Source: the human T2T-CHM13v2.0 reference genome, Homo sapiens. Taken from it: DNA of 64,000 nt. This document shows, piece by piece, positions 34,721 to 51,169 of the stretch. The first letter of the stretch is position 1. Each line of letters opens with the position of its first letter. The DNA is taken from assembly GCF_009914755.1 (NCBI RefSeq), contig NC_060947.1; one strand, 5' to 3'. The position numbers and the translations under genes were made by a program. A model generated the notes under the pieces. It saw only the letters and a list, made by a program, of their open reading frames with translations. It had not been told where the DNA came from and ran no database searches.

Positions 34721-35209
34721 ATAATTCTTTTCTTAAAATGTGTATTGGGTAAGGCATATGAAGATATATAGAGAAAAAATACATATCATTTAACCTACCA
34801 TGTAACTAGAATAAAAGAGACATTCAATTAAAAGGTAAATTCAAAATAAGAATTTATTTTAAAAAAAGGAACTATAAGAACTATAAGTCAATCTCATGGG
34901 TACCCTTGGCCTTAGATGACAGCAACTTACTCAAATGATACTTATCAGACTTTTCATAGAACTTTACATTAAGATGTTCACTTTCACTACAACACGTCTC
35001 AAATTCCATATTTGGCCCAAAAACCATACAATTTTGTTTCATAAATGATTGTGTGTCTAAGCTGCCTGAAAATAAAACAGTGAGAGTCTATGGTAACTGA
35101 GCTCAACTGTCCCATTTCTAAGTCAGGTCCTAAACTGAGGCTTAATGAGAATGAGGCAATGATCCAGACTATATAGAAATTAATAACTTTCTATTTCTTT
35201 TTTATTCAG

Positions 35210-35274
35210 ATTATTTGTGAAAAGAAATTATCTAACACTTCTCATCTATCTAACTGGAGTTTCACTAGCTGGAG
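35210..35274 (+). other. TENT5D: Candidate 5' UTR exon (65 nt) of TENT5D
   Basis: Strong acceptor ctttctatttctttttttattcag| and strong donor GAG|gtaaga in unique sequence. Confidence 0.65.
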
Positions 35275-36064
35275 GTAAGATAAAAAGGTTAGAGAGAAAT
35301 AAATTTTTAAATTGGAGGAATAATGAGGGATTATTTAACTTGTTAAAGACCATACATCAGATTAGTGTGAATTAACCCTTTCATTTTTTATTTTAGCTTT
35401 TAGACAACCCATAATTCAAGATGTATTTATGAACAAGGTAGAAAAGAGTATCTTGAAAATTCTCTTTGACAATTATGTTAATAAATAATGTATGATTTCA
35501 ATAAGCAGTTGTTCAAATTTGGAGAGAGAGAAAACATTATGTACATGTGTTTGGCAAGCATATTCTCTATTATATGATTTCTGCTTTTGTCTGTCTTTTG
35601 TTTAAACCACTAGCATTTTTTTCTGTTAGTTTCTCCTTTCTTATTAGTCTATCTTTATTTTTTTTTTACAAATTACCATATTCATCCTCATTACAACTCT
35701 CTGGATACTTTTAAGTCAACTTTATAAAGGAAACTCTAGTTCAACCTATTTTCTATACTTTACACCCAGAATAGGATCTACAGGAATTCACAGACTGCAG
35801 TACAATTAAGATGAAGATTTAGTTAATAGTCTCATATTATACAAATGCAGCTCATACCAGGTACAGGAGTGCATTAATGCTCAGATATTACATGTTTCTT
35901 GATATTTGCTAGAAACCTATTAACTTCTGACAAGGTGCCATCTACAAATTTGGTATTGAACATTCAGAGTGGTGCAGTCACTGTGGCATCCCCTAGTAAA
36001 CAACTTTGGTTAAAACATAAATTGTTATTATATTTTAATATGTGTGCCTTATTTCTTTAATTAG

Positions 36065-36424
<360 letters not shown>

Positions 36425-36511
36425 TGACTTTGGACACCTGGAACCAACAGAACTCCTTGCAAATAGTTTAAACTTTGTATACTTTTAATGGTTTATTTTT
36501 TTAATTAGTCA

Positions 36512-37315
36512 CCTTTTATTTTAGGTTCAGGGGTTACATGTGCAGATTTGTTACATGGGTAAATAGCAAGTTGCTGGGGTTTGGTATACAAATTATTTTG
36601 TTACCTGGTAGAGTGAACATAGTACCCAATAGGTACTTTTTTGAATCTCAGTCTCCTTCCACCCTCCTCCCTCAAGTAGGCCCTGGTGTCGGTTTTTCCC
36701 CTCTGAATCAATGGGTACTCAAGGTTTAGTTCCCACTTATGAGTGAGAACATGTGGTATTTGGTTTTCTTTTCCTGAATTAATTCCCTTAGGATAATGGC
36801 CTCAAGATGCATCTATGTTGCTGCAAATGACATGATTTTATTCTTTCTTATGGCTGTGTAACATTCCATGGTGTATATGTACCACATTTTCTTTATCTAG
36901 TCCGCCGTTGATGGGTACCTGAGTTGATTCCATCTCTTTGCTATTGTGAATAGTGTTGTAGTTAACATATGAGTGCATGGGTCATTTTGGTAGAACAATT
37001 TATATTTCTTTGGGTGTATACCCAGTGATAAGATTGCTGGGTCAAATGGTAGTTCTGTGTTAAAGTTTTTTGAGAAATCTCTAAACTGCTTTCCACAGTG
37101 GCTGAACTAATTTACATTCCCACCAGCAGTATGTAAGCATTCCCTTTTCTCTGCAAACTCACCAACATCTGTTATTTTTTGTTTTTTTTTTAATAATAGC
37201 CATACTGACTGGCGTGAGATGGTATATCTTATGGTTTTGATTTGCATTTCTCTGATGATTAATGAAGATGAGCATTTTTTTCTTATGCTTGTTGATCATA
37301 TATGTGTCTTCTTTT
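36512..37315 (-). mobile_element. Older L1PA/L1PB 3' end
   Basis: Reverse L1 ORF2 C-terminus and 3' UTR. Confidence 0.85.
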
Positions 37316-38809
37316 TTCCTGATAATACTTTAGTTCAATTGTCACAAGGTTATTGAACTTCAATAACTTTGATATTCATGGATCATAGCAGAAGTGGTAG
37401 TGCTTAGTAATGTTCCATGAGTAGCACTCTTCTAGGTTAAGCACACATTTCAAAAAGAAGTTTCAATAAACAATTTCTTAAATAATATTAAGAATAGAAA
37501 TGTTATATTCTCAATTAAATATTATTACCTGTTTGCTTAAGAGACCCCTTCCCAAGCAAAAGATTAATTTAGATACTTTGAAGCCTGTGAACACTAATTT
37601 TAACCCATGTTAGTTTCCAGTGCTTTTCATTCATAGCACAAACTCAATGTCAGTACCTCTTATATGTGCTCTTATACTTAGAAGATCTAGGTCTTTACCT
37701 ATAAACATAGAAAGAATAAAGAACACTCACTTTTAAAAACAGAATTACTCTCAATAAAATAATGTTTATTTATAATGAGTACTAGTACTCAGAAATAGTG
37801 ACAGTTTAAGAAACTAGCTGCTTCCTCAAAGAATGGTCAGAAAAGTTGGAACGTTTTTTATTCTTGTTACCTCCCCTTACACCTTTATACAGTTCTTTGT
37901 CATATGTCTAGTTTTTCTTGCTATATCCTATATCCCTATATATCCTATATCCCTATATCCATGTATCATCAGAGATTCCAGAGATTCCTTCCAGTTTCGC
38001 TTGAGAGTCCCTTTGTAAAATGCCAGACCATTTCCCCTTTGTCCTCACCTCTTCATCTTCCTTAGAACTTAATTCCTAAGGGGATCTTGAAAGATCCACC
38101 AAACATTCCAGTAGGTCTTGTAACTGGCAAATTCCTTTTGGAGTGCAGACTATTTGACCTGAGACATCTTTCTTCATCACCTGGGGTCACAATCCAGGTG
38201 CATATTGGAGGTGAGAAGTTGCAACATGATGAGGAGTCTACCTAGCATATCATCACTGTGATAAAGTGGGAAAGGTGCTCCCAGGGATTACCCTGTTAGC
38301 ATCCCTGCCTTACTTGTCCCACTTTAATTTTCCAAACATATGAGTGATTGTTGATAGAAGGATTCCGTTTTTCCTGCATATTCTCTGGAGCAATAGAAAC
38401 TAGGATATCCATTTATCATTTTGTCTTCAAGCCCTCTCTGTAGCAAATCTTGGCTCTCTCTTTAGCCAGCTTAGCTTCTCCTCTTTTCTTTCTATTGCCA
38501 GAGTTGCCTGGTTAGAGCTTACAATGGTAATCTGCAGGGTTTCCATAAGGGTCCCTTTTGCCCTTGCTCTAATTCTCTTGTCACTCTGGCTTTCACCATG
38601 ACCAAACTGAAGAAAGACCATTTTGTCCTAATCCAGTGTCTTCCTTGCCTTTTTACGTCCTCCCTCCCCAGTTATTGAGAAGTAACTCCTACATTTTTCA
38701 TTCCTATTCTTGTCTATTTAATAACCCTGTGTATAGATCTGTTATAGTCATATTCTTCATTTGACTGACCCTGGTAATCACTGAACAGTTATAAACCTTC
38801 AAGAATTGT

Positions 38810-39366
38810 CATTTAAATGGAATCATACAGCATGTAATGTTATGTGACTGGCTTCTTTAACTCAGCATAATGCCTTTGGGATTCATCTATAAGTGGTTCA
38901 CTGTATAAAAAGTGTATTCTTTTTTATTACTGAGTAGTATCCCATTATATGAATGTACCAAGTTTGTTTGTCCATACACCTGCTGAAAGATATTTCGGTT
39001 ATTCCCAAATATCTTTGGGATATTTACAAATATAACTGCTGTGTATATTGATATACCAACAGCCAGGTGTGAGATTGCCGGGGCATGTGATAAGCGTGCT
39101 TAACTTTATAAGAAACTTCAAAACTGTTTTCTGGAGTTGTGATACCATCTTGCATTCTTACCAGCACTATACAAGAGTTCTAGTTGTCACATACCTTCAC
39201 TGGCACTGAGTATTGTCATTATCTTTTATTTTAGATATTCTTATAGGTATGTGCTTGTATCTCATCATGTTTTTTATTTGCATTTATCTAAAGGCTCATG
39301 ATAGTGCGCAGCTTTAATGTGCTTGTCATATTTATATCATGTTTAGTCAAGTGTCTGTTGATTATT
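38810..39366 (-). mobile_element. Old L1M 3' fragment, resumes at ~45850-45980 after the L1PA8 insertion
   Basis: aatggaatcatacag...tggcttctttaactcagcataatg; continues with ttgcaaatattatctcccagttt. Confidence 0.7.
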
Positions 39367-39374
39367 TTGTTTAT

Positions 39375-42300
39375 TTTTTTGTTTTTTACTTTAAGTTCTG
39401 GGATACATGTGCTGAATGTACAGGTTTGTTATATAGGTATACATGTGCCATGGTGGTTTCCTGCACCTATCAACTCATCATCTCGGTTTTCAGCCCCGCA
39501 TGCATTAGGTATTTGTCCTAATGCTCTCCCTCCCCTTTCCCCCCAGCCCTGGACAGGCCCTGGTGTGTGATGTTCCCCTCCCTGTGTCTATGTGTTCTCA
39601 TTGTTTGGCTCCCACTTATGAGTGAGAACATGAGGTGTTTGGTTTTCTCTTCCTGTGTTAGTTTGCGAGGATGATGGTTTCCAGCTTCATCCATGGCCTT
39701 GCAAAGGACATGAACTCATTCTTTTTTATGGCTGCATAGTATTCCGTAGTGTATATGGGCCACATTTTCTTTATCCAGTATATCATTGATGGGCATTTGG
39801 GTTGGTTCCAAGTCTTTGCTATTGTAAATATTGCTGCAATAAACATATGTGTGCATGTTTCTTTATAGTAGAATGATTTATAATCCTGTGGGTATATACC
39901 CAGTAATGGTATTGCTGGGTCAAATGGTATTCCTGGTTCTAGATCCTTGAGGAATTGCCACACTTTCTTCCACAATGGTTGAACTAATTTACACTCCCAC
40001 CAACAGTGTAAAAGCATTCCTATTTCTCCACATCCTTAACCAGCATCTGTTGTTTCCAGACTTTTTAATGATGGCCATTCTAACTGGTGTGAGATGTTAT
40101 CTCATTGTGGTTTTGATTTGTATTTCTCTAATAACCAGTGATGATGAGCTTTTTTTATGTTTGTTAGCCACATAAATGTCTTGAGAAATGTCTGTTCATA
40201 TCCTTTGCCCACTTTTTGATGGGGTTGTTTGGTTTTTTTCTTGTAAATTTGTTTAAGTTCCTTGTAGACTCTGGATGTTAAACGTTTGTCAGATGGATAG
40301 ATTGCAAAAATTTTCTCCCATTCTGTAGGTTGCCTGTTCACACAGATGATAGTTTCTTTTGCTGAGCAGAAGCTCTTTAGTTTAATTAGATCTCATTTGT
40401 CAGTTTTGGCTTTTGTTGCAATTGCTTTAGGTGTTTTAGTCATGAAGTCTTTGCCCATGCCTACGTCCTGAATGGTATCTCCTAGGTTTTCTTCTATGGT
40501 TTTTATAGTTTCAGGTTTTACATTTAAGTCTTTAACACATCTTGAGTTAATATTTGTGTAGTGTGTAAGGAAGGGGTCTGGTTTCTGTTTTCTGCATGTG
40601 GCTAGCCAGTTTTCCCAGCACCATTTATTAAATAGGGAATCCTTTCCCCATTGCTTGTTTTTCTCAGATTTGTTGAAGATAACATGGTTGTAGATGTGTG
40701 GTGTTATTTCTGAGGCCTCTGTTCTATTCTGTTGGTCTATATATCTGTTTTGGCACCAGTATCATGCTGTTTTTGTTTTGGTTACTGTAGCCTTGTATAG
40801 TTTGAAGTCAGGTAGCATGATGCCTATAGCGTTGCTCTTTTTGCTTAAGATGGTCTTGGCTCTTTTTTGGTTCCATATGAAATTTAAAGTAGTTTTTTCT
40901 AATTCTGTGAAGAAAGTCAATCGTAGCTTGATGGGGATACCCTTGAATCTGTAAATTACTTTGGTCAGTATGGCCATTTTCACGATATTGATTCTTCCTA
41001 TCCATGAGCATGGAATGTTTTTCCATTTGTTTGTGTCCTCTCTTATTTCCTTGAGCAGTGGTTTATAGTTCTCCTTGAAGAGGTCTTTCACATCCCTTGT
41101 AAGTTGGATTCCTAGGTATTTTATTCTCTTGGTAGCAATTGTGAATGGGAGTTCACTCATGATTTGGCTCTCTGTTTGTGGTGTATAGGAATGCTTATGA
41201 TTTTTGCCCATTGATTTTGTATCCTGAGACTTTGCTGCAGTTGTTTATCAGCTTAAGGATATTTTGGGCTGAGACGGTGGGGTTTTCTAAATATAAAATC
41301 ACGTCATCTGCAAACCAAGACAATTTGACTTCCCCTCTTCCTATTTGAATGCCCTTTATTTCTTTCTCTTGCATGATTGCTCTGGCCAGAACTTCCAATG
41401 CTATGTTGAATGGGAGTGGTGAGAGAGGGCATCCTTGTCTTGTGCCGGTTTTCAAAGTGAATGCTTCCAGCTTTTGCCCATTCAGTATGATATTTGCTGT
41501 GGGTTCGTTAGAAATAGCTCTTATTATTTTGAGATATGTTCCATCAATACCAAGTTTACTTAGAGTTTTTAACATGAAGGGGTGTTGAATTTTATTGAAG
41601 TCCTTTTCTGCATCTATTGAGATAATCACGTGGTTTTTGTCATTGGTTCTGTTTATGTGTTAGATTACTTTTATTGATTTATGTATGTTGAATCAGCCTT
41701 GAATCCCAGGGATGAAGCCATCTTGATTGTGATGGATAAGCTTTTTGATGTGCGGCTGGATTCGGTTTGCCAATATTTTATTGAGGATTTTCACATCTAT
41801 GTTCATCAACGATACTGTCTTGAAATTTTTTTGTTGTTTTGTCTCTACCAGATTTTGGAATCAGGATGATGCTGGCCTCATAAAATGAGTTAGCGGGGAG
41901 TCCCTCTTTTTCTATTGTTTGGAATAGTTTCAGAAGGAATGGTACCAGCTCCTCTTTGTACCTCTGGTAGAATTCGGCTGTTATTCTGTCTGGTCCTGGG
42001 CTTTTTTTGGTTGGTAGTCTGTTAATTACTGCCTCAATTACAGAACTTGTTATTGGTCTATTCAGGGATTCGACTTCTTCCTGGTTTAGTCTTGGGATGG
42101 TGTATGTGTTCAAGAATTTATCCATTGCTTCTAGATTTTCTAGTTTATTTGCATAGAGGTGTGTATAGTATTATCTGATGGTAGTTTGTATTACTGTGGG
42201 ATCAATGGTGTTTCCCCTTTATAATTTTTTATTGTGTCTGTTTGATTCTTCTCTCTTTTCTTCTAGTCTGGCTAGTGGTCTATTTTGTTAATCTTTTAAA

Positions 42301-45300
42301 AAAAAACAAGCTCCTGGAATCATTGATTTTTTGAAGGGTTTCTCGTGTCTCTATCTCCTTCAGTTCTGCTCTAATCTTAGCTATTTCTTGTCTTCTGCTA
42401 GCTTTTAAATTTGTTTGCTCTTGCTTCTCTAGTTCTTTTAATTGTGATGTTAGGGTGTCGATATTAGATCTTTCCTGCTTTCTGATGTGGGCATTTAGTA
42501 CTTTAAATTTCCCTCTAAACACTGCTTTACCTGTGTCCCAGAGATTCAGGTACATTGTCTCTTTGTTCTCGTTGGTTTCAAAGAACTTCATTATTTTTGC
42601 CTTAATTTCATTATTTACCCTATAGTCATTCAGGAACAGGTTGTTCAGTTTCCATGTAGTTGTGCAGTTTTGAGTGAGTTTCTTAATCCTGAGTTCTAAT
42701 TTGATTGCACTGTGGTCTGAGAGGCTGTTATGATTTCTGTTCTTTTGCATTTGCTGAGGAGTGTTTTACTTCCAATTATGTGGACGATTTTAGAATAAGT
42801 GCTATGTGCTTCTGAGAAGAATGTATATTCTGTTGATTTGGGGTGGAGAGTTCTGTAGATGTCTACTAGGTCTGCTTGGTCCAGAGCTGAGTTCAAGTCT
42901 TGAATATCCTTGTTAATTTTCTGTCTTGTTGATCTGCCTAATATTGACAGTGGGGCGTTAAAGTCTCCCACTATTATTGTGTGGGAGTCTAAGTCTCTTT
43001 GTAGTTCTCTAAGAACTTGTTTTATGAATCCAGTTGTTCCTCTTTTGGGTGCATATTTATTTAGGTTAGTTAGCTTTTCTTGTTGCATTGACCCCTTTTC
43101 CATTACATAATGCCCTTCTTTGTCTTTTTTTTATCTTTGTTGGTTTAAAGTCTTTTTTATCACAGGCTAGTATTGCCACCACTGCTTTTTTTTGCTTTCC
43201 ATTTGCTTGATAAATATTCCCCCATCCCCTTATTTTGAGCCTATCTGTGTCTTTGCACGTGAGATGGGTCTCCTGAATATAGCACACCGATGGGTCTTGT
43301 CTCTTTATCCAATTTGGCAGTTTGTGTCTTTTAATTGGGTCATTTAGTCCATTTACATTTAAGGTTAATATTGTTATTTGTGAATTCGATCCTGTCATCA
43401 TGATGCTAGCTGATTATTTTGCACATTAGTTGATGCAGTTTCTTCATAGTGTCATTGGTCTTTATATTTTGGCTTGTTTTTGCAGTTGCTGGTACTGGTT
43501 TTTCCTTTCCGTATTTAGTGCTTCCTTCAGGAGCTCTTGTATGTCAAGTCTGGTGGTGACAAAATCCCTCAGTATTTGCTGTCTGCAAAGGATTTTATTT
43601 CTCCTTCAGTTATGAAACTTAGTTTGGCTGGATATTAAATTCTGGGTTGAAAATTCTTTAAGAATGTTGAACATTGGCCTCCATTCTCTTCTAGTTTGTA
43701 GCGTTTCTGCAGAGAGATACGCTGTTAGTCTGATGGGCGTACCTTTGTAGGTAACCTGACCTTTCTTTCTGGCTGCCGTTAACATTTTTTCCTTCATTTC
43801 AACCTTGGAGAATCTGACGATTATGTGTCTTGGGGTTGCTCTTCTCAAGGAGTATCTTAGTGGTGTTCTCTATATTTCCTGAATTTGAATGTCGGCCTGT
43901 CTTGCTAGGTTGGGGAAGTTCTCCTAGTTAATATCCTGAAGTGTGTTTTTCAACTTGGTTCAATTCTCCCTATCACTTTCAGGGACCCCAATCAATCGTA
44001 GGTTTGGTCTTTTTACATAGTCCCATATTTCTTGGAGGCTTTGTTCATTCCGTTTCAATGTTTTTTTTTTCTCAAATCTTGTCTTCACTCCTCATTTCAG
44101 TAAGTTGATCTTCAGTCTCTGATATTCTTTCTTCTGCTTGATTGATTCGGCTGTTGATACTTGTGTATGCTTCACGAAGTTCTTGTGCTGTGTTTTTCAG
44201 CTCCATCAGATCATTTATTTTCTTCTCTAAACTGGTTATTCTAGTTAGCAGTTCCTGTCACCTTTGTCAGGGTTCTTAGCTTCCTTGCATTCAGTTAGAA
44301 CATGCTCCTTTAGCTCAAAGGGGTTTGTTATTACCCAACTTCTGAAGCCTACTTCTGTCAACTCATCAAACTCATTCTCTGTCCAGTTTTGCGCCCTTGC
44401 TGGAGAGGAGTTATGATCATTTGGAGGAGAGGAGGCGTTCCGGTTTTTGGAATTTTCAGTCTTTTTGTGCTGGTTTTTCCTCGTGTTCGTGGATTTATCT
44501 ACCTTTGATCTTTGAGGTTGATGACCTTGGATGAGGTTTCTGTGTGGGGGTTCTTTTTGTTGATGTTGATGTTATTGCTTTCTGTTTGTTAGTTTTTCTT
44601 CTGACAGGCCCCTCTTCTGCAGCTCTGCTGCAGTTTGCTGGAGGTCTACTCTAGACCCTATTTGCTTGGGTATCACTAGTGGAGGCTGCAGAACAGCAAA
44701 GACTGTGGCCTGTTCCTTTCTCTGGAAGCTTCGTCCCAGAGGGGCACCAGCCTGATACCAGCCAGAGCTCTCCTGTATGAGGTATCTATCAACCCTTGTT
44801 GGGAGGTATTCTCCCAGTCAGGAGGCATGAGGGTCAGGGACCCACTTGAGGAGGCAGTCTGCCCCTTAGCAGAGCTGGAGTGCTATAATGGTAGAATCCT
44901 CCTTTTCTGGATCTGCTGCTTTCTTCAGAGCTGGCAGGCAGGAATGTTTAAGTCTGCTGAAGTTACGCCCACAGCCCCCGCTTCCTCCAGGTGCTCTGTC
45001 CCAGTGAGATGGGAGTTTTATCTATAAGCCACTGACAGGCTGCTGCCTTTCTTTCAGAGATGCCCTGCCCAGTGAAGAGGAATCTAGAGAGGCAATCTGG
45101 CCATAGCCGCTTTGCCACGCTTTGTTGAGTTCTGCCCAGTGCGAACTTGCAGGCCTTTTTAGCGCTGTCGGGGGAAAACCACCTACTCAAGCCTCAGTAA
45201 TGGTGGATGGCCTTCCCCCCACCAAGCTCCGTTGTTCCAGGTGGACTTCAGACTGCTTTGCTGGCAACAAGAATTTCAAGCCAGTGGTTCTTAGCTTGCT

Positions 45301-45848
45301 GGGCTCTTTGGGAGTGGGACCTATTGAACGAGACCACGTGGCTCCCTGGCTTCAGCCCCCTTTCCAGGGGAATGAATGCTTCTGTCTCTATGGGGTTCCA
45401 GGTGCCGCTGGAGTACGAAGCAAACAAACAAAAAAAAAAAAAAAAAAAAAAAAAACTCCTGCAGCTAGCTTAGTGTCTGCCTGAACAGCTGCCCAGTTTT
45501 GTCCTTGAAACCCAGGGCTCTGATGGTAGAGGCACACGAAGGAATTTCCTGGTCTGTGGACTGGAAAAACCATAGGAAAAGTGTAGTATCTGGGCCGGAT
45601 AGCGCAGTCTCTCATGGCTTCCCTTGGCTGGGGGAGGGAGGCCCCCAACTCATTGCACTTCCTGGGTGAGTCAACAGCCCACCCTGCTTCTGCTTACCCT
45701 CCGTGGGCTGCACCCACTGCCTAACCAGTCCCAATGAGATGAACAGGCTACCTCAGTTGGAAATGCAGAAATCACCTGCCTTCTGCATTGGTCTCCCTGG
45801 AAGCTGCAGACTGGAGCTGTTCCTATTCTGCCATCTTGCCAGCAGCCC
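39375..45848 (-). mobile_element. Near full-length L1PA8-like element, inactive
   Basis: 5' UTR ggcaagatggcagaatagg at ~45840 and fragmented ORF1/ORF2 (minus-strand ORFs 43066-43401, 41195-41629 with WFADD). 3' UTR has the agccccgcatgcattagg segment; ttgttta flanks both ends. Confidence 0.95.
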
Positions 45849-45984
45849 TTGTTTACTTTTTAATTGGTTTGTCTTATTCTTAAGTTTTGAGATATCTTTG
45901 CATATTCTGGCTATAAGTTCTTTGTAAGATGTGTGACTTGCAAATATTATCTCCCAGTTTATGGCTTGTTCTTTCATTATCTTA

Positions 45985-48600
45985 TTTTTTAACTTTTATT
46001 TTACTTTCAGGGATACATATGCAGGTTTGTTCAATAGATAAATTGTGTTTCATGGGAGTTTGGTTTACATATTATTTTGTCACCCAGGCAATAAGCATAG
46101 TACCCTATAGGTAGTTTTTTTTAAATTTTCGCCCTCCTCCTATCCTCTACCTTCATCTAGGCCCTGGTGTCTATTGTGCCCTTCTTTGTGTCTATGTGTA
46201 CTCAATGTTTAGCTCCCTTATAAGTGAGAGCATGTGGTGTTTGCTTTTATTTTCCTGTGTTAGCTTACTTAGGATACTTACCTCTAGCTCCATCCATGTT
46301 GCTGCAAAGGAGATGATCTCATTCTTTTTATGGCTGCATAGTATTCCATGGTGTGTGTGTACCCCATTTTTTAATCCAGTCTACCACTGATGGTCATTGA
46401 GTTTGATTCCATGTCTTTGCTATTGTGAATATTGCTAAAATGAACATATGCATGCATGTGTCTTTATGGTAGAACATTGTATATTCCTTTGGGTATACAC
46501 CCAACACTGGAATTGCTGGGTTGAATGGTAGATCTGCTTTAAATTCTTAGAGACATTGCCAAACTGCTTTTCACAGTGGCTGAACTAATTTACATTCCCA
46601 CCTGGAGTGTACAAGCATTCCCTTGTTTCCACAGCTTTGGCAGAATGTGTTATTATTATTATTTTTTTTTACTTTTGAACAGTTACCATTCTGTCTGGTA
46701 TGAAATGGTATCTCATTGTGGCTTTGATTTGCATTTTCCTTATGATTAGTGATGTTGAGCATTTTTTCATATGCTTGCTGGCCACATGTATGTCTTCTTT
46801 ACAAAAGTGTCTGTGACCCGTCAGTTTTTCCTACCTGCCTTCAAGAATTTTTCTTTTGTATTGACTTTGGAGAATCTAATGACTATGTGTCTTGGGGACA
46901 GTCGTCTTGTATGGTATCTCACAGGGGTTCTTTAAATTTGCATGTTGATCTCTCTAGTGAGGTTGAAGAAATTTTTGTGGACAATATCCTCAGATACGTT
47001 TTCCAAGTTGTTTGCTCTCTCTCCATGTCTTTCAGGACGGCCAGTGAATCATAGGTTTGGTCTCTTTACCCCATATTTCTTGGGGATTTTGTTCAATTTC
47101 CTACTTTTTAAAATTTTTATCTACCTGCATTGATTCACAGGAGGGGTCTTCAAGCTGTGAAATTCTTTCCTCAGCTCAATCTATTCTGTTATTAATGTTT
47201 CCAATGCTTTCTGAAATTCCTATAGTGATTTTTTCTTTTCCAGAAGTTCAGTTTGGTTCTTTCTTAAAATGGCAATGTTATCTTTCAATTCTTGGACTGT
47301 TTTACTGTATTTTTTGGATTGGGTTTCAACCTTCTGTATGTCAATGAGCTTCCTTGCTATCCAGATTCTGAATTCTATGCCTGTCATTTCATCCATTTCA
47401 GTCTGGTTAAGAGCCACTGCTGGGGAGCTACTGCATTCGTTTGGAGGAAGGAAAACACTCTGGCTTTTAGAGTGGACAGAGTTCTTGCGCTGTTTTTTGT
47501 TTTTGTTTTAGTTTGTTGTTGTTTTTAATCATCTGTGTGGGCGGATGTTCTTTTAATGTTTGAAGTTGCTGTCTTTTCGATGGGGCGTTTTACTTTTATT
47601 CCATGATGCCCTTCAGGGTTTGATTGTGACATGAGTTGCATTTAGTCAATTAGTTTTGTTCCCGGATGCTTTCAGGGGGCAAGTGCTCAGCTCAGCACAG
47701 CACACCTGGGCCATTTGTTCTAACCCCGAGGGCTTTGACCAGAACCACAGCTTTGTTCTCTGGCCCCTTGAAGTTAAGCACCTGCTACACTAGAGTGGCA
47801 GAGGTGTTTTCAGTCAGCTGGCAATAACACTCCAAAAGGGGCTGCTGGCAAATTCTACTGGCAGAGCAGTAGCTAGTCATGGGTGAGTGAGCTCTAGTGG
47901 GGTTCCGCCTGCAAAAGCACTTTGATGGGTAGCTGGGCTTTGCTGGCAAAAGAGCTGTAATGGTGACTGCTGACACGCACTTTGACTGGGCAGCTGAGAC
48001 TGTTTTGCAAGTGGGTATGGCCAGGCAGAGGCTCTGGGAGAGGCCAGCAGACCACAGGGGTGCTGAGATTAGACTGGCCCTGTCCCACGGCCAAGATAAC
48101 CCTGCTCTGTCCAGGTCCAGCAGCTAACAAGGGATAAAGCCACCTAAAGGAATATGGCAAGCCTTGGGAGATGGTTGCCTATGGCCATGCTCCACTGCAG
48201 CTGTTCCTGGGCCAAACCTTCTGGGCTCTGCACAGGCTGGAATTATGTCTCTGCCAACTCTCCAGGCAATTTTCTCTGGCAGCTCAAATGTCTGTGGGGG
48301 TCGTTGGGTCTCCTACAGCTTGAATTCTGCAGGTTTGTGACCATAGTGAGCCATTCTATTCCCTTTTCACTTACCTCTTTTCTAGAGCTGCTGGGGGCCA
48401 GGAATGATTCCTGTTGCTCCACAACCCTGTGTAGGGTTCCCAGCTTCCTCCCTTTTCAGCCTGGGGTCTGCAACCTCTTTCTGTCTACTTTCAGTACATT
48501 CTTTCCAAAGATCCGTTAGGAGTGGGCCAGTCTACTTGATGCTGTGGTCTCTCTTGGTAGGAGAAGCTCTTCCCAGCTGGTCTAGTTGACCTTCTTGGCT
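45985..48600 (-). mobile_element. Older L1P element(s): 3' end joined directly to ORF1 and 5' UTR
   Basis: 3' UTR and ORF2 tail at 45985-46814 abut ORF1-like sequence from 46815 and a GC-richer 5' UTR up to ~48600. Confidence 0.7.
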
Positions 48601-49462
48601 CTTGTTTATTTACCAACTTCTAGGGTGTCCCGGTATCCTATCTGTGGAACTCCCAGTACCTGCAGTTCATGGGGCCACAGAGGCCAAGGCAGAGCCACCT
48701 GGTGAGTGCCAAAGCCAAGAAGATGCAGCCATGGAGATGAGACCCCATCTAGGAAGGCAGTCCCACTTTAAATATTTTGAGGTTTTGTTATTACTTTTTT
48801 ATATTAGAGCTATTCCTTTTATTCAGAGATAGAACTGTCTTCATATTCAGTTACATATCGGTAATTTGGAGAAATATGCAAATGTTTGAGGGGTAAGAAA
48901 TTTGGAAAAGATAGAAGGCTTAGAAGAGAAACTCCTAGTTTATTTACAACAGACAAAAATGTCTGTTAAAATCATCTTTCTCCTTAAGTGAATATATCTA
49001 AAGTTGAGAGTAGCCTATTCAATATAAATAACAGAGTCTTTTGGCTACTTTTGGTATCAGTAACAGCATGAATCAGCTTCAAACAAAATGACGAGTGTAA
49101 AATAGTCTCTTATGAGCCATAGGTGTCTTTGGGCAAATAATGAGAAAAACTGATCAATTTTGGTGCTAGTAAAATTGTTCCTGATTTTATGAATCTGATC
49201 TCTTTATGAATGGTGTAATTACAAGTTAGTTGACTGATCTTATAATTTTACAGTTATTAAATATATATTAGTTAGAACACCCTTCTTGTTAGATTACTTT
49301 TTAAGAGAAATGTATTATCCTAACGCAAAAGATTCTTATTGTGAATATCTTGAAAAGAACTTACGATACCAATATAGTTAAGTATTAAAGGAAGCAAGTT
49401 CTGTTTTATTAATATTTTTAATTATATATTAAGAATTTTAGTATAGAAATGTAGAAAGAAGT

Positions 49463-51169
<1,707 letters not shown>

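Noticed and set aside
37980-38680. More GC-balanced tract that might be an old ERVL internal fragment or a pseudogene
   Set aside because: I could not assign it to any family or protein with confidence.
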